The notes beneath the pieces were generated by a model, which saw nothing but the letters and a program-made list of their open reading frames with translations, ran no database searches and was not told where the DNA came from. The translations under genes were made by a program, and so were the position numbers. Of a stretch of 64,000 bases of DNA, positions 1 to 9,070 are shown piece after piece. The DNA is taken from the sequence record PP968062.1. One strand, given 5' to 3'. Positions within the stretch are counted from its first letter, which is position 1. Each line of letters opens with the position of its first letter.

Positions 1-431
1 TCAGTATCAATGTGATCTAGATCAACGATGAAATAGAAGTCCAGTTCACATGGAGTATTGGTTCCTTTGTTCTTGACAGAGTTAACCAGTTTCTCCAGAT
101 ACTCTTGGGATAGGTTAGGCCAATGCTTGAGCATAGCACCTACGTTCAACTTAACGTCACCACCCCAAGTGAAGTTGATGCAGACTACAAGTCTGTTCTC
201 AATTCGGTTTGTTCCAGGTAGATCTAATACCACACCACTACCATCGATGATGCTGATCTCGTGGGTCGACTGATTCAGGTATCGAACTCGTTTGTCAACA
301 AGCCCTTGTCCGAAGAAGATGTTTTGGAAGACAGATGTTTGCCACCTGTCCATGTAAGACGTGTCCAGAGGACAGTCCAATACAGGATCGTCCTCAATGT
401 GTCCCGCTCGGGAACGGTTGATCTGTACCAT
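1..431 (-). CDS. hypothetical protein, 3' end truncated by window start (phiKZ gp122-like position)
   Basis: Hand translation: ATG at 431, MVQINRSRAGHIEDDPVLDCPLDTSY..., open to base 1; overlaps the end of 394-873. Not in the ORF track. Confidence 0.7.
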   Translation of the reverse strand, partial: MVQINRSRAGHIEDDPVLDCPLDTSYMDRWQTSVFQNIFFGQGLVDKRVRYLNQSTHEISIIDGSGVVLDLPGTNRIENRLVVCINFTWGGDVKLNVGAMLKHWPNLSQEYLEKLVNSVKNKGTNTPCELDFYFIVDLDHIDT

Positions 432-873
432 TTAAAACTATCCTATCCAATCTCATCTCTACTGGACGCCCTTGACGCCTACTCCGTTCTTGACGAGGCT
501 TATATCGATCCGTCGTTGATACTTCCGGATTTCTATAATCTCTTCCTCCACGTTTCCCGTGCGCAACACGCGTTTTACCTTTACCCTTCCGCGTGCTGCG
601 CGTACGCTGTTTTTCTTCAGGGTTACCTCCTGATTCTTTACAGCGTCCATTGGCAATATTAACCTGACGCATTTGCTTCTCGAATCGATTAGCAAAACGG
701 GTCATATTCTCATCCTGACTAGGATGAAGTTTTTTGGTCGGTTGAGAGTTGGATTGGTAAGACGTATCATTACCAACAGTAGTATCTTTTTCCTGGACGA
801 CAATGTCGCCGGGATTCATTTGGGTTTCACTGAGCTCTCGCTCAACATGACTCCCGTGTGCACTCCAGAACAT
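394..873 (-). CDS. basic, low-complexity hypothetical protein
   Basis: GAGGA RBS upstream of ATG 873; early-promoter motif at 912-919; K/R-rich C-terminal half. Confidence 0.6.
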   Translation of the reverse strand: MFWSAHGSHVERELSETQMNPGDIVVQEKDTTVGNDTSYQSNSQPTKKLHPSQDENMTRFANRFEKQMRQVNIANGRCKESGGNPEEKQRTRSTRKGKGKTRVAHGKRGGRDYRNPEVSTTDRYKPRQERSRRQGRPVEMRLDRIVLNGTDQPFPSGTH

Positions 874-904
874 TGTCTGATCCTCTAATTGGGGAATATT
901 TCAT

Positions 905-930
905 CATCACTGTAATATAGATTTGAAATA
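905..930 (-). promoter_or_regulatory. phiKZ-type early promoter (TATATTAC)
   Basis: Minus strand TTTCAAATC-TATATTAC-AG; the same motif recurs at 16274, 17441, 58680 and as TATATCAC at 18873. Confidence 0.65.
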
Positions 931-944
931 TTTTTTAATGACGA

Positions 945-978
945 CATAAAGCCTCTACCCGAAGGTAGAGGCTTTATG
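945..978. terminator. bidirectional hairpin terminator downstream of major capsid gene
   Basis: 15-bp perfect inverted repeat CATAAAGCCTCTACC-cgaa-GGTAGAGGCTTTATG. Confidence 0.85.
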
Positions 979-1088
979 CCAGCAGTCAGCTTTACACTTC
1001 CGCTTTACCGCTCCAGGCGGCGGGCCACTCCGTCTTCAAGATAACGGGTAGTTCCATTCTCAAGCTTACGGAAGGTTCCCTTTCCAGT

Positions 1089-3314
1089 TCAACCCTTAAC
1101 GGCGTCGACCAGGGGCTTGTTCCACTGAGACTCACCCATCACTTCTTCGAAGCCAGTAACGTCGAATTCGAGAGCGAACGGGATGTTGTTTACGTGCAGG
1201 TTGAACGGAATCGCAGCGATTTCGCGAGTAACTTGCTGGCCACCACGGGTGATCGGCAGGTCGGCGATTACGGTCGATACGTAGTAGAATTGACCGAAGC
1301 TGAGGATGTCGTTCTCTTGCGGGTTCTTACGAGTCGGAACCACTACCAGTTTACCGTCGAACAGTTCGTTGTTGGTCGATACCAGGTCGTATTCCAGGTA
1401 AGCGCCCAGGGTACGATCGTCGCCCTTGGTCATCAGGTAGTTAGCGATCTCTTTGTCCGAGCAGAACAGGAACATCGGACGCTCGTCTTGGTTGCCGGAG
1501 ATCACACGGAAGGCTGCTTCGATGTTGGATTCACGGTAGGCCGGGAACAGTACACCTTTAACAGCGTTCAGGATTGCCGAGCAGACATCTTCCCAACGGT
1601 CTTGCGACTTCAGGGTGTCGATCATGTCAGGCAGGTGCAGCTTCTTGTAGCGGTAGGTCGGACGCATTACTGCGGACAGAGCACCTTCAACAGCACCGAA
1701 CTGCGGACGGTCGAAACCGTTAGCGGTTACTTCTTTCAGCTGAGCCAGGTAGTTCAGCAGGCGCTTAACAGCGTTGTTGCTGTTACGGATGTTGGTGTTG
1801 ACAGTCAGAGCCTTAACAACTTCGCCCGGACCTTCTTCGTCCATGGTGCTCAGCGGCAGGGTTACCGGAGCGTGCATCGGAATCGGGTGACGGAATTGCA
1901 GGGCACGAGTTTGCAGCAGGTGACCACGCTGACGACGGTTGGTGTTGGTGAAGCGGGTATCGAGGTCGAAACCAACGATTTCCATTTCGCCAATGCTGTC
2001 GACCAGTGCTTTACCATCGCCAGTTTCCAGATCGATACGACGCTTGTCTTCGTCCAGGATACGGTCGATAGTTACTTCACCAATGGTGAAGCGGCTGTCG
2101 CCACGGCTCAGGCTAACGTGACCGCTGAATTGCATGCTCAGACGCAGAACCCACTTACGTTGTTCCAGTTCTTTCATGCCAGCAGTTTGAGCTGCATCAG
2201 TAGTACGAGTAACGGCCGATACGGTCAGGTCGTCAGACCAGAAGTCGATCTTGGCGCCACGGGTATCACCAACCAGGTCCGGCTGGAACACTGCGCGCGG
2301 CAGACGTTCGGTTTGGAACTTGATGACTTTACCTTGGAACTTCACGTACAGAGCCTTCAGGCGGCCCGACGGATCGATGGTGTCCGAAATGTCCAGCATG
2401 CCTTTGTTGATCAGCAGGTTGGCGTTCGAGTTACCCATCAGGTCCAGTTTAACGCCCGGCTTCAGCGGAGCAGTTTCGATGGACATGTTTTGTTCGTTGA
2501 TAACGGTTACCGGAGGCAGCAGAGCCGGATCAGCGAAGTACTTCAGGTTGGTACCAGCAGGATCGATGGCCGGGATCAGTGCAGTGCACTCGTCGTCCAG
2601 GATGGACGGATCACGATAGGCTTCAACCATGTTGACTTCTTGGTTGTCGAGCTTCTGACCGGAAACAGCGTGGTAAACGTCTTTCATTACCGCGATGTAC
2701 GGCAGTACCTGAACCACACCGCCCTCGATCGGGTTGATTACGGTGGTCGGATAGATACGCTCAGCGAACTCGTCCTGACGGGAAGCAGCCAGGTTATAAC
2801 CAACGGTCACAACGCGGAAGTCACGCTGGGATTTCTCGTTGTAGTTTTCCAGACCAACGCCAGCAGCAGCTTCGAAAGTTTGGATCGAACCAGCCGGGCC
2901 ATCAAAGCGGTGTTCTACCGAAATGACGTTCTTGTCAGTGGAAGCAATTTTCTTACCAACTTGTTTCAGAGCCTTAACGTACTCAGTGGAGTTGGACATT
3001 GCCAGAGCAGCCATGGTAGCGGCCGACAGTTGGTTCTCGCCTACACGGCTTGCAGCGCCTTCGAAGGATTCGAAGCCACAGGTACGGGCGATCTTTTGCA
3101 GGCTAGCGTACATGCCAGCAGCGCTTTGAGCATCTTCGTCGCTCAGTTGACCGAAGGATTCCAGGCCGATTTTACTGATCAGTTTGCTACCGGCAGACAG
3201 AACGCTGTCACCGTAGTCTTTTTCCAGATCCAGTTTACCCAGGAAGTTTTCCATGGAGAAACGAGTCAGGTTTTGTTCGCCGTTCACTTTGAACAGAGCT
3301 TTAAGGTCTTTCAT
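1089..3314 (-). CDS. major capsid protein (phiKZ gp120-like)
   Basis: 741 aa, strongly biased codons, GLE/NY-type prohead-protease site (~residue 157), position next to the DnaB-like helicase, strong terminator. Confidence 0.9.
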   Translation of the reverse strand: MKDLKALFKVNGEQNLTRFSMENFLGKLDLEKDYGDSVLSAGSKLISKIGLESFGQLSDEDAQSAAGMYASLQKIARTCGFESFEGAASRVGENQLSAATMAALAMSNSTEYVKALKQVGKKIASTDKNVISVEHRFDGPAGSIQTFEAAAGVGLENYNEKSQRDFRVVTVGYNLAASRQDEFAERIYPTTVINPIEGGVVQVLPYIAVMKDVYHAVSGQKLDNQEVNMVEAYRDPSILDDECTALIPAIDPAGTNLKYFADPALLPPVTVINEQNMSIETAPLKPGVKLDLMGNSNANLLINKGMLDISDTIDPSGRLKALYVKFQGKVIKFQTERLPRAVFQPDLVGDTRGAKIDFWSDDLTVSAVTRTTDAAQTAGMKELEQRKWVLRLSMQFSGHVSLSRGDSRFTIGEVTIDRILDEDKRRIDLETGDGKALVDSIGEMEIVGFDLDTRFTNTNRRQRGHLLQTRALQFRHPIPMHAPVTLPLSTMDEEGPGEVVKALTVNTNIRNSNNAVKRLLNYLAQLKEVTANGFDRPQFGAVEGALSAVMRPTYRYKKLHLPDMIDTLKSQDRWEDVCSAILNAVKGVLFPAYRESNIEAAFRVISGNQDERPMFLFCSDKEIANYLMTKGDDRTLGAYLEYDLVSTNNELFDGKLVVVPTRKNPQENDILSFGQFYYVSTVIADLPITRGGQQVTREIAAIPFNLHVNNIPFALEFDVTGFEEVMGESQWNKPLVDAVKG

Positions 3315-3387
3315 GTTTGATTCCTACGCAGGATGGGTTTTGGTTATTACAAAATATCTTGTCAAACAAAGCTGGTATTTTCCGGAT

Positions 3388-3924
3388 TCAGCTTTGCGAC
3401 TCCAGATAATAAGTGAAGAGATTTGTTGCCATTACTTGCTCAAATGGGCAAGCTCTAGTCAGCTCGCTAATCATACTATCAAAGAAAGTATGGTTAGCCT
3501 TGATTGTGAGCCGGTCAGGATCGCTTGAACCAGTGTGCAGACTCTTCTGCACCGCAACCCAAAGATACTCATCTACAGGATAAAGGCTATAAACACTGAT
3601 ATAATCAGAGTCGTTAGCTTTACGTAGTGCCAAGTTAGCAATACGTTCCCCTAAACGATTATGCAATTCTTGCATCTTGAATTGATTTTCGTCTTCGGTG
3701 GTTGCCACTTGGGCGATCCCGACTATCGGACTGTCGGCTTTCTCGATCTGAGTGCCTTGACAGAACCGGAAGGGGAATTCATTGATAGCAGCGTCGATCT
3801 CCGCAAGGTCATTTACCGAGCTTACGGAAGCTATATAGTTGGGGCAGAGTAGCTTAGTAAACTGCACGCCATCAGCTTTGTACTGATCATAGACTGCTTC
3901 GGGGATAACAAGTAACTTGATCAT
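3388..3924 (-). CDS. virion/head-associated protein (phiKZ gp119-like)
   Basis: 178 aa between helicase and capsid genes; CTATGT late motif at 3967-3972. Confidence 0.7.
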   Translation of the reverse strand: MIKLLVIPEAVYDQYKADGVQFTKLLCPNYIASVSSVNDLAEIDAAINEFPFRFCQGTQIEKADSPIVGIAQVATTEDENQFKMQELHNRLGERIANLALRKANDSDYISVYSLYPVDEYLWVAVQKSLHTGSSDPDRLTIKANHTFFDSMISELTRACPFEQVMATNLFTYYLESQS

Positions 3925-4061
3925 CGGGATATTGACCTATTGTGGGACCAAGGCTATTAAGTGTCTACATAGGAATATATACTTAATTCGGAGACAAATT
4001 ACTTACGATAAAAATGATACACGGTACATCATTTTAAATTTACTAAAAGGATGCGGTTCAA

Positions 4062-5600
4062 ATGTCCTCCCCAAAACAGCTTCTTGTCAGTTGCGTTACC
4101 CTACTTTGCCTGGAACATCGCCCTGATTCTCCAGCTTCTCCTTCTACCGAACTGATAGACAAAATCGTTGGTTCTCTTGAAATTAAAGAAACTACCGTAG
4201 ACCACGATCATGGTCGTCAGACTTTCCTTGAACTGCGTAAGTTGGTTCAAGATCTTAATAAGAAGGTTAAGCACGAATTCCCGAGCATTGCTGAAGTTCT
4301 GCAATCTGTGCAAGTAAGTTGCCGTGAAGAGAACTATCTGTACGAAGCCGTGCTGAATGGTGTTAATGAGAACTTCCCAGATGGGATGGCCATTATGCAT
4401 CGGATTAACTCCTATCGCCGTTCGCTTAATGAATACATCAACGATGAAACTATTAAAGCGATCATGAAGGAGTATTCTGCTAAGCTTCTGTTTAACCGTG
4501 GTGGCGGTAATGATATCGCTGGTATGATCAACGAGATGGGCGCTAAGCTTGATCCTTATGTAAAGGCTCGTGCTGAAAGTCGACATCCCGCTGAAATGGG
4601 TTGCCTTGATTTTGACAACCCTGAAGGTGTAGAAGAATTCTTCGAAGCTGTACAAACTACTTTGTCTGCTGATGGTGCATTCAAATTAGGTTGGAAAGGT
4701 TTCAACCGAGTATTGGGTAGTTTGGGTGCTTTCCGTCGTGGTGAGTTCATTACCACTGCGGCACTGCAACACAACTTTAAGTCTTACCTGGTTATGCTGT
4801 TGTTCGTTCACGTGGCTCTGTTCAACAAGCCGTATATGCGTGACAAGTCTAAGAAGCCTCTGCTTCTGTTTGCAACTCTTGAAAACGAAATCGCTGACAA
4901 CCTTCTGACCATCTACAAATACATCCGTGAAAACGAAACGGGTGAGGAAGTCATTGTTAAGGACATCGACAAGCGTGAAGCAGCTGCTTATGTTTGTGCT
5001 CGTCTGGAAGAGAATGGCTTCAAAGTTAAGATGGTTCGTTTCGACCCAACCGAGTTTACCATTGGTGGTTTCACTAACTACCTTGATGGTCTGCAAAGCC
5101 AAGGTTACGAACTTCAGTTCCTGGTAGTTGATTACCTGAACATGCTGCCTAAAACTGGTCTGGATGCGAAAGTAGCTGGTGACGACATTCGTCTGTTGTT
5201 CCGTCGGATGCGTAACTATACTACTCCTCGTGGTATTACTTTCATTAGTCCTCATCAGCTAGGTTCTGACGCTCTGCAACTTATGCGTGAGAACACTGAA
5301 GACTTTGTTAAGGTAGTAGCGAACAAAGGTTACTACGATGGATGTCGTCGTCTGGGTCAAGAACCTGACCTAGAACTGTTCCACCACATCATCCGCCATA
5401 AGGGCAAAGCGTATCTCGCTATTCAGCGAGGTAAACACCGTAACACTGTAACTGGTGAAGAGGATCAGTATGTCCTGTTGCCATTCAGTAACATCGGTAC
5501 GATCCCATGGGACATTGATAAAGAAGAAGACTACTCGATGAAAGTTGTACCGGGTTCGGTAATCGGTGGTGATCTTGATTCTGACGCTTGGTCCATCTAA
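4062..5600 (+). CDS. DnaB-like (SF4) replicative helicase (phiKZ gp118-like)
   Basis: FRRGEFITTAALQHNFKS (divergent Walker A), FLVVDYLNML (Walker B), SPHQL, IQRGKHR motifs. Confidence 0.85.
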   Translation: MSSPKQLLVSCVTLLCLEHRPDSPASPSTELIDKIVGSLEIKETTVDHDHGRQTFLELRKLVQDLNKKVKHEFPSIAEVLQSVQVSCREENYLYEAVLNGVNENFPDGMAIMHRINSYRRSLNEYINDETIKAIMKEYSAKLLFNRGGGNDIAGMINEMGAKLDPYVKARAESRHPAEMGCLDFDNPEGVEEFFEAVQTTLSADGAFKLGWKGFNRVLGSLGAFRRGEFITTAALQHNFKSYLVMLLFVHVALFNKPYMRDKSKKPLLLFATLENEIADNLLTIYKYIRENETGEEVIVKDIDKREAAAYVCARLEENGFKVKMVRFDPTEFTIGGFTNYLDGLQSQGYELQFLVVDYLNMLPKTGLDAKVAGDDIRLLFRRMRNYTTPRGITFISPHQLGSDALQLMRENTEDFVKVVANKGYYDGCRRLGQEPDLELFHHIIRHKGKAYLAIQRGKHRNTVTGEEDQYVLLPFSNIGTIPWDIDKEEDYSMKVVPGSVIGGDLDSDAWSI

Positions 5601-5605
5601 TGACA

Positions 5606-5636
5606 TAAATGCCTTCCCTCCGGGGAAGGCTTTATT
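5606..5636 (+). terminator. intrinsic terminator
   Basis: GCCTTCCC-tccg-GGGAAGGC followed by TTTATT, directly after the helicase stop. Confidence 0.8.
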
Positions 5637-5660
5637 CACAAATTCACAAGAGTAAATAGC

Positions 5661-6062
5661 ATGAGTTGTATTGACGCACTGATTGATAACCTAAAGGGTT
5701 ACCTTCGTTTCAATCTACAACAACGTCATGGTACTACTGTTCTGGTACATGTGGCATCCCAAAACCTCTATAAAGTAAAATTCGAAGTAGCTAAGCTTTT
5801 CATTAATGCATTAGATGGCATGGAAGTTGACTTCCTTACAATGTCCGCCAATGAGATCATGGAGAAGGGTGAGCGTTATCGAGCATCCCTGTTCTTTAGT
5901 CATCATCTCCATATCGACATTAAGCAGAAAGCTGCCCCATATCCAGATGGTGATTTCCTTGGAGTGGACGTAACCAACTATTCCAAATACTTCTACGATA
6001 CAGACCCGTGTCAAGAAGGTCAGGCTATGTTGGCTAACTATCTCGAAGAACGTAAGACCTAA
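5661..6062 (+). CDS. hypothetical protein
   Basis: 133 aa ORF bracketed by two terminators. Confidence 0.7.
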   Translation: MSCIDALIDNLKGYLRFNLQQRHGTTVLVHVASQNLYKVKFEVAKLFINALDGMEVDFLTMSANEIMEKGERYRASLFFSHHLHIDIKQKAAPYPDGDFLGVDVTNYSKYFYDTDPCQEGQAMLANYLEERKT

Positions 6063-6068
6063 CATACT

Positions 6069-6095
6069 GCTCCCTACGGGGAGCTTTATGTCGTC
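6069..6095 (+). terminator. terminator with TTTATGTCGTC tail
   Basis: GCTCCC-tacg-GGGAGC-TTTATGTCGTC. Confidence 0.75.
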
Positions 6096-6118
6096 ACAAT
6101 CTTATAACACTAATTAAC

Positions 6119-7135
6119 ATGGAATTCATCATGTTCGGACAAGACGAAAATAATATCTGGTTAGAATACCCTAGTACTGGCTTTGAAGATATCGAAAACG
6201 CGCGTAAAGTCGCTAACAGTTTGGATAGCCTGGCATTTAAGGTACGCAGTGCCCCTGTAGCGTCGCTGGAAGCATTTTGTATTGCTTTTAATGCCATCGT
6301 AGGCGAAGACTTCAAACCCTCTAGAACGGTCTCTTTGGAGGGCTTTAGTGGGGCTCCGTCTCCTATGCATCATCTGGCTACTCGTATTACCCAACATAGT
6401 AACAACATGCACGGAGCAATTAACCTTGCTTTAGAAGATTTCAACAAAGATGCTCTAGCTAAGTTTAAAGAAATCGTTGATGGTTATCGGAAAGCCCGTG
6501 CTCAATTGGATCATGTGAAGACAGATCTTGAGCCTACTGATAGCGTCGTTAAGATCAATCACGAGCGCGTCTGGAAACTGTTTAACAAGAATAACAAATT
6601 CGTTAAACCCGAATCCATTAAAGAAGATGTGATGGATGTTGGTAAGATCGTAGGTACTATCAAAGATGCAGCTGTTAGACTTAGCTCTGGTCGCCCTGTT
6701 CAACTAGATCCCGCTAAGTACGAACTGATGATGAACACTTTCGTTGTGATTAAGGATAACTCCATTACGTTCGAGTCTCCTGAACCTCCGAAACCCAAAG
6801 ACGAATACAGTGCTGGTGACATCGCTTGGATCGTTGGTTGGAGTGTCATGTTTAACGTTGTTGGTCTTATCGGTTCTCTGATTTTCAAGAAGAAGACTGC
6901 TTCTGAAGCTGATCGGAAACGTGGCGTTAATGAAATGCTTGCTTTCATCAATACGATCAAAGGTTTCGATCGGAGTATCACTGAGATTGAAAGTGCAATC
7001 AAAGCACTACAGCAAACTGAAGAGAACAAAGAGATGTCAGCTATGCTGATCAATAGTGCTATCAAGCTTACCAAACATATCACAGACGTCACTTACGGTG
7101 CTGCTGTGTTGTTCACTAAGATTTCTAAGAGTTAA
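6119..7135 (+). CDS. probable protease-processed virion (internal head/ejection) protein with a hydrophobic segment
   Basis: ASLE, VSLE and LALE sites in the N-terminal 110 aa; hydrophobic IAWIVGWSVMFNVVGLIGSLIF. Confidence 0.6.
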   Translation: MEFIMFGQDENNIWLEYPSTGFEDIENARKVANSLDSLAFKVRSAPVASLEAFCIAFNAIVGEDFKPSRTVSLEGFSGAPSPMHHLATRITQHSNNMHGAINLALEDFNKDALAKFKEIVDGYRKARAQLDHVKTDLEPTDSVVKINHERVWKLFNKNNKFVKPESIKEDVMDVGKIVGTIKDAAVRLSSGRPVQLDPAKYELMMNTFVVIKDNSITFESPEPPKPKDEYSAGDIAWIVGWSVMFNVVGLIGSLIFKKKTASEADRKRGVNEMLAFINTIKGFDRSITEIESAIKALQQTEENKEMSAMLINSAIKLTKHITDVTYGAAVLFTKISKS

Positions 7136-7144
7136 AATATTAAT

Positions 7145-7170
7145 GGCGAGGTTTGGGCCTCGCCTTATTA
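7145..7170 (+). terminator. terminator
   Basis: GGCGAGG...CCTCGCC-TTATT after stop at 7135. Confidence 0.7.
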
Positions 7171-7337
7171 TTTCGTCATAGACTCTAAAGCAGGAATAAG
7201 GATTAAAGAGGTTTATAATTAGAATAAGGAAATACCTTCGGTATTGTTTATTACTAAATAAAACCCCCCTCCTCCGGAGGTACCTTTTCCTCGCTCTACA
7301 GATTTATTAAACACCCTAGTAAAACTTCTAAATCGAT

Positions 7338-7383
7338 AAAAAAAAAATAAACTAAGTAAAGCCCTCTCCACAAGGAAGAGGGC
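7338..7383 (-). terminator. terminator for 7392-7658
   Basis: GCCCTCT/AGAGGGC stem; A-tract at 7338-7347 reads as poly-U on the minus strand. Confidence 0.65.
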
Positions 7384-7391
7384 AATTGAGG

Positions 7392-7658
7392 TTAAGCTGC
7401 TCTAGTAAACAAAAGATTACTAGAGTTAGATTTAATATGATAGTTCGATGATCCATCAATCCATTTAGCTTCGGAAAGCTCGTTCACAAGTCTCCCATTG
7501 CCAATGTAACCTAGGAACATCTTACCATCGTATACAGCAACTTTGATTTGCTCATTTCGTCCGTAGACTAGTGGCTTACCATTGAATGCTGTTACCTCTA
7601 GACCTGTTAGATATCCACGGTTGGGATCAGGTCTGGACCTTGTTTCAAAGACTTTCAT
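7392..7658 (-). CDS. hypothetical protein (88 aa)
   Basis: GAGGAG RBS before ATG 7658 (MKVFETR...); start re-called from the track's 7676. Confidence 0.6.
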   Translation of the reverse strand: MKVFETRSRPDPNRGYLTGLEVTAFNGKPLVYGRNEQIKVAVYDGKMFLGYIGNGRLVNELSEAKWIDGSSNYHIKSNSSNLLFTRAA

Positions 7659-7711
7659 TAGAAGTCTCCTCTGCAAGAAAGCCCACTTGGGCGAAAAGTC
7701 AAGCTTAAACT

Positions 7712-7749
7712 TGACGACATATAGCCCTCCTGTGCAACCAGGAGGGCTA
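7712..7749. terminator. hairpin with TATATGTCGTC tail on minus strand
   Basis: TAGCCCTCCTG/CAGGAGGGCTA 11-bp stem. Confidence 0.7.
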
Positions 7750-7786
7750 ATCTTTTCAGAACGTACGGTGTTGTTATAATACTGCT

Positions 7787-7915
7787 AGCGAAAATGCCCA
7801 CGAGGGGTAAGTAGCTAATCCGCAGTTCTCTTGGACGACACCTACTGACAGTGTAGTCGCGAATGCACTGTTTGGAGCCCCATTGGTTTAGCGGCCAATG
7901 GGGATTTCCTTTTTA
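7787..7915 (+). ncRNA. candidate structured small RNA
   Basis: TGnTATAAT at 7772-7780, several hairpins, ends in CCCCATTGG/CCAATGGGG hairpin plus T-rich tail; no ORF with an RBS. Confidence 0.3.
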
Positions 7916-7930
7916 TGCCGCTTCGGACTT

Positions 7931-8350
7931 CTATTTAATAGGTTTCTTGTACTTCCATTTGTACAGTTGGTGCAGGATGAAACTCAGAACACCTAAAGCC
8001 AGTACACCTGCAATAGCCGTACCGACGATCTCTTGGGGAGTGATTGCATTGAACTCGGTACCGAAAACAACCCGAGTAATGATAATGAGCATCAAACCGA
8101 TCAGAGTGGTGACCCAGAGACGCGGGTGCAAGGAACGACTCAGACGAAGACCTGGAACAGAAACACGTTCCATCCGAGTGGACCAGGTGTGGTTACGGTA
8201 GTACATCATGTCAGTGAAGTAATCACTGTAGATGTGCAGTAGTTCCCCACGCTGATCGCCGGTACCATGAGCCAAGCCATGGTAGTAGTAAATACCACCA
8301 TCTTCTTTGTGGGTGTAAAGTTCAGCGTTGTCTTTGGTATACATCGACAT
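7931..8350 (-). CDS. hypothetical membrane protein, DUF1653-like N-terminus
   Basis: YTHKEDGGIYYYHGLAH...LLHIYSD pattern followed by two hydrophobic helices. Confidence 0.6.
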   Translation of the reverse strand: MSMYTKDNAELYTHKEDGGIYYYHGLAHGTGDQRGELLHIYSDYFTDMMYYRNHTWSTRMERVSVPGLRLSRSLHPRLWVTTLIGLMLIIITRVVFGTEFNAITPQEIVGTAIAGVLALGVLSFILHQLYKWKYKKPIK

Positions 8351-8355
8351 TTTTA

Positions 8356-8622
8356 TTACTCCGGCATTCCAGTGTGCACAAGAGAATTGAAACGAACATC
8401 GAACGTGTCGTACATGTCGGCAGTCAGTTCTTCGAAGACTGGACTATCCATGAAGGATTCAAGTGCACGACGAGCCGCAAGACGCTTATCACCTTCACCA
8501 TTAGCTCCGGGATAAACCGAATTACCCTCACCTGGCTTAGCAAAGCCATCAAAAACATGTGACTCACCTTCACGGTCAGTCACAGTTGCTTTAACGGAAT
8601 AGCCTGCGTAACGGAGTCCCAT
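8356..8622 (-). CDS. hypothetical protein
   Basis: 88 aa, abuts both neighbours. Confidence 0.65.
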   Translation of the reverse strand: MGLRYAGYSVKATVTDREGESHVFDGFAKPGEGNSVYPGANGEGDKRLAARRALESFMDSPVFEELTADMYDTFDVRFNSLVHTGMPE

Positions 8623-8864
8623 TAGTCATCCCATCCTTTTACTTCGTACCATAGACAGGCACGATTGTATTCAACAATGTAACCGTCTTTACGGAGAATT
8701 TCCGCTTGACGATCATTCATCTTCCCTTCAACAGGCGTGTTCTCGTTGCTGTAATCGAAGTTTACCTCTGAGTCGCCAGCGAGCGCCCGTTGCTTAATTT
8801 TAGCATGGATAGATTCCATACCGGCTTCTTTATAAAGAAGTTCACGCAGTTCTTGTAATGTCAT
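8622..8864 (-). CDS. hypothetical protein (80 aa)
   Basis: Start re-called to MTLQELREL, which makes an ATGA overlap with the stop of 8861-9070. Confidence 0.65.
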   Translation of the reverse strand: MTLQELRELLYKEAGMESIHAKIKQRALAGDSEVNFDYSNENTPVEGKMNDRQAEILRKDGYIVEYNRACLWYEVKGWDD

Positions 8865-9070
8865 GTAACTACCCCTACAATAAAGACTCGACTGATTTCG
8901 TTGAGATAAGCGAGTACTAGAAGAATACCTGACCAGATAGCGATATTCATTGTAGTACGCTTTTCTTCCAATCCAGGACAAGTGGAATTAACTATTCGAT
9001 GACAGAAAGCACCGAATAGACCAAGTCCCATCGCGACAAAGATGATGGTAAACCAACCAAGATAGATCAT
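8861..9070 (-). CDS. small membrane protein (2 TM)
   Basis: Two hydrophobic stretches; ATGA-coupled on both sides. Confidence 0.65.
   Translation of the reverse strand: MIYLGWFTIIFVAMGLGLFGAFCHRIVNSTCPGLEEKRTTMNIAIWSGILLVLAYLNEISRVFIVGVVT

Noticed and set aside
1194-3320. 708-aa plus-strand ORF antisense to the capsid gene
   Set aside because: Shadow frame produced by strong codon bias of a highly expressed gene; no motifs or RBS; the same pattern is seen opposite other biased genes
7795-7830. AATCCGCAG resembling a group I intron Q element
   Set aside because: No R/S elements or P7 nearby and no interrupted gene
7765-7852. Resemblance of GGTGTT...GACGACACCTAC to the fluoride (crcB) riboswitch
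   Set aside because: The P1 stem and AACCGC-type core are missing and there is no downstream same-strand gene
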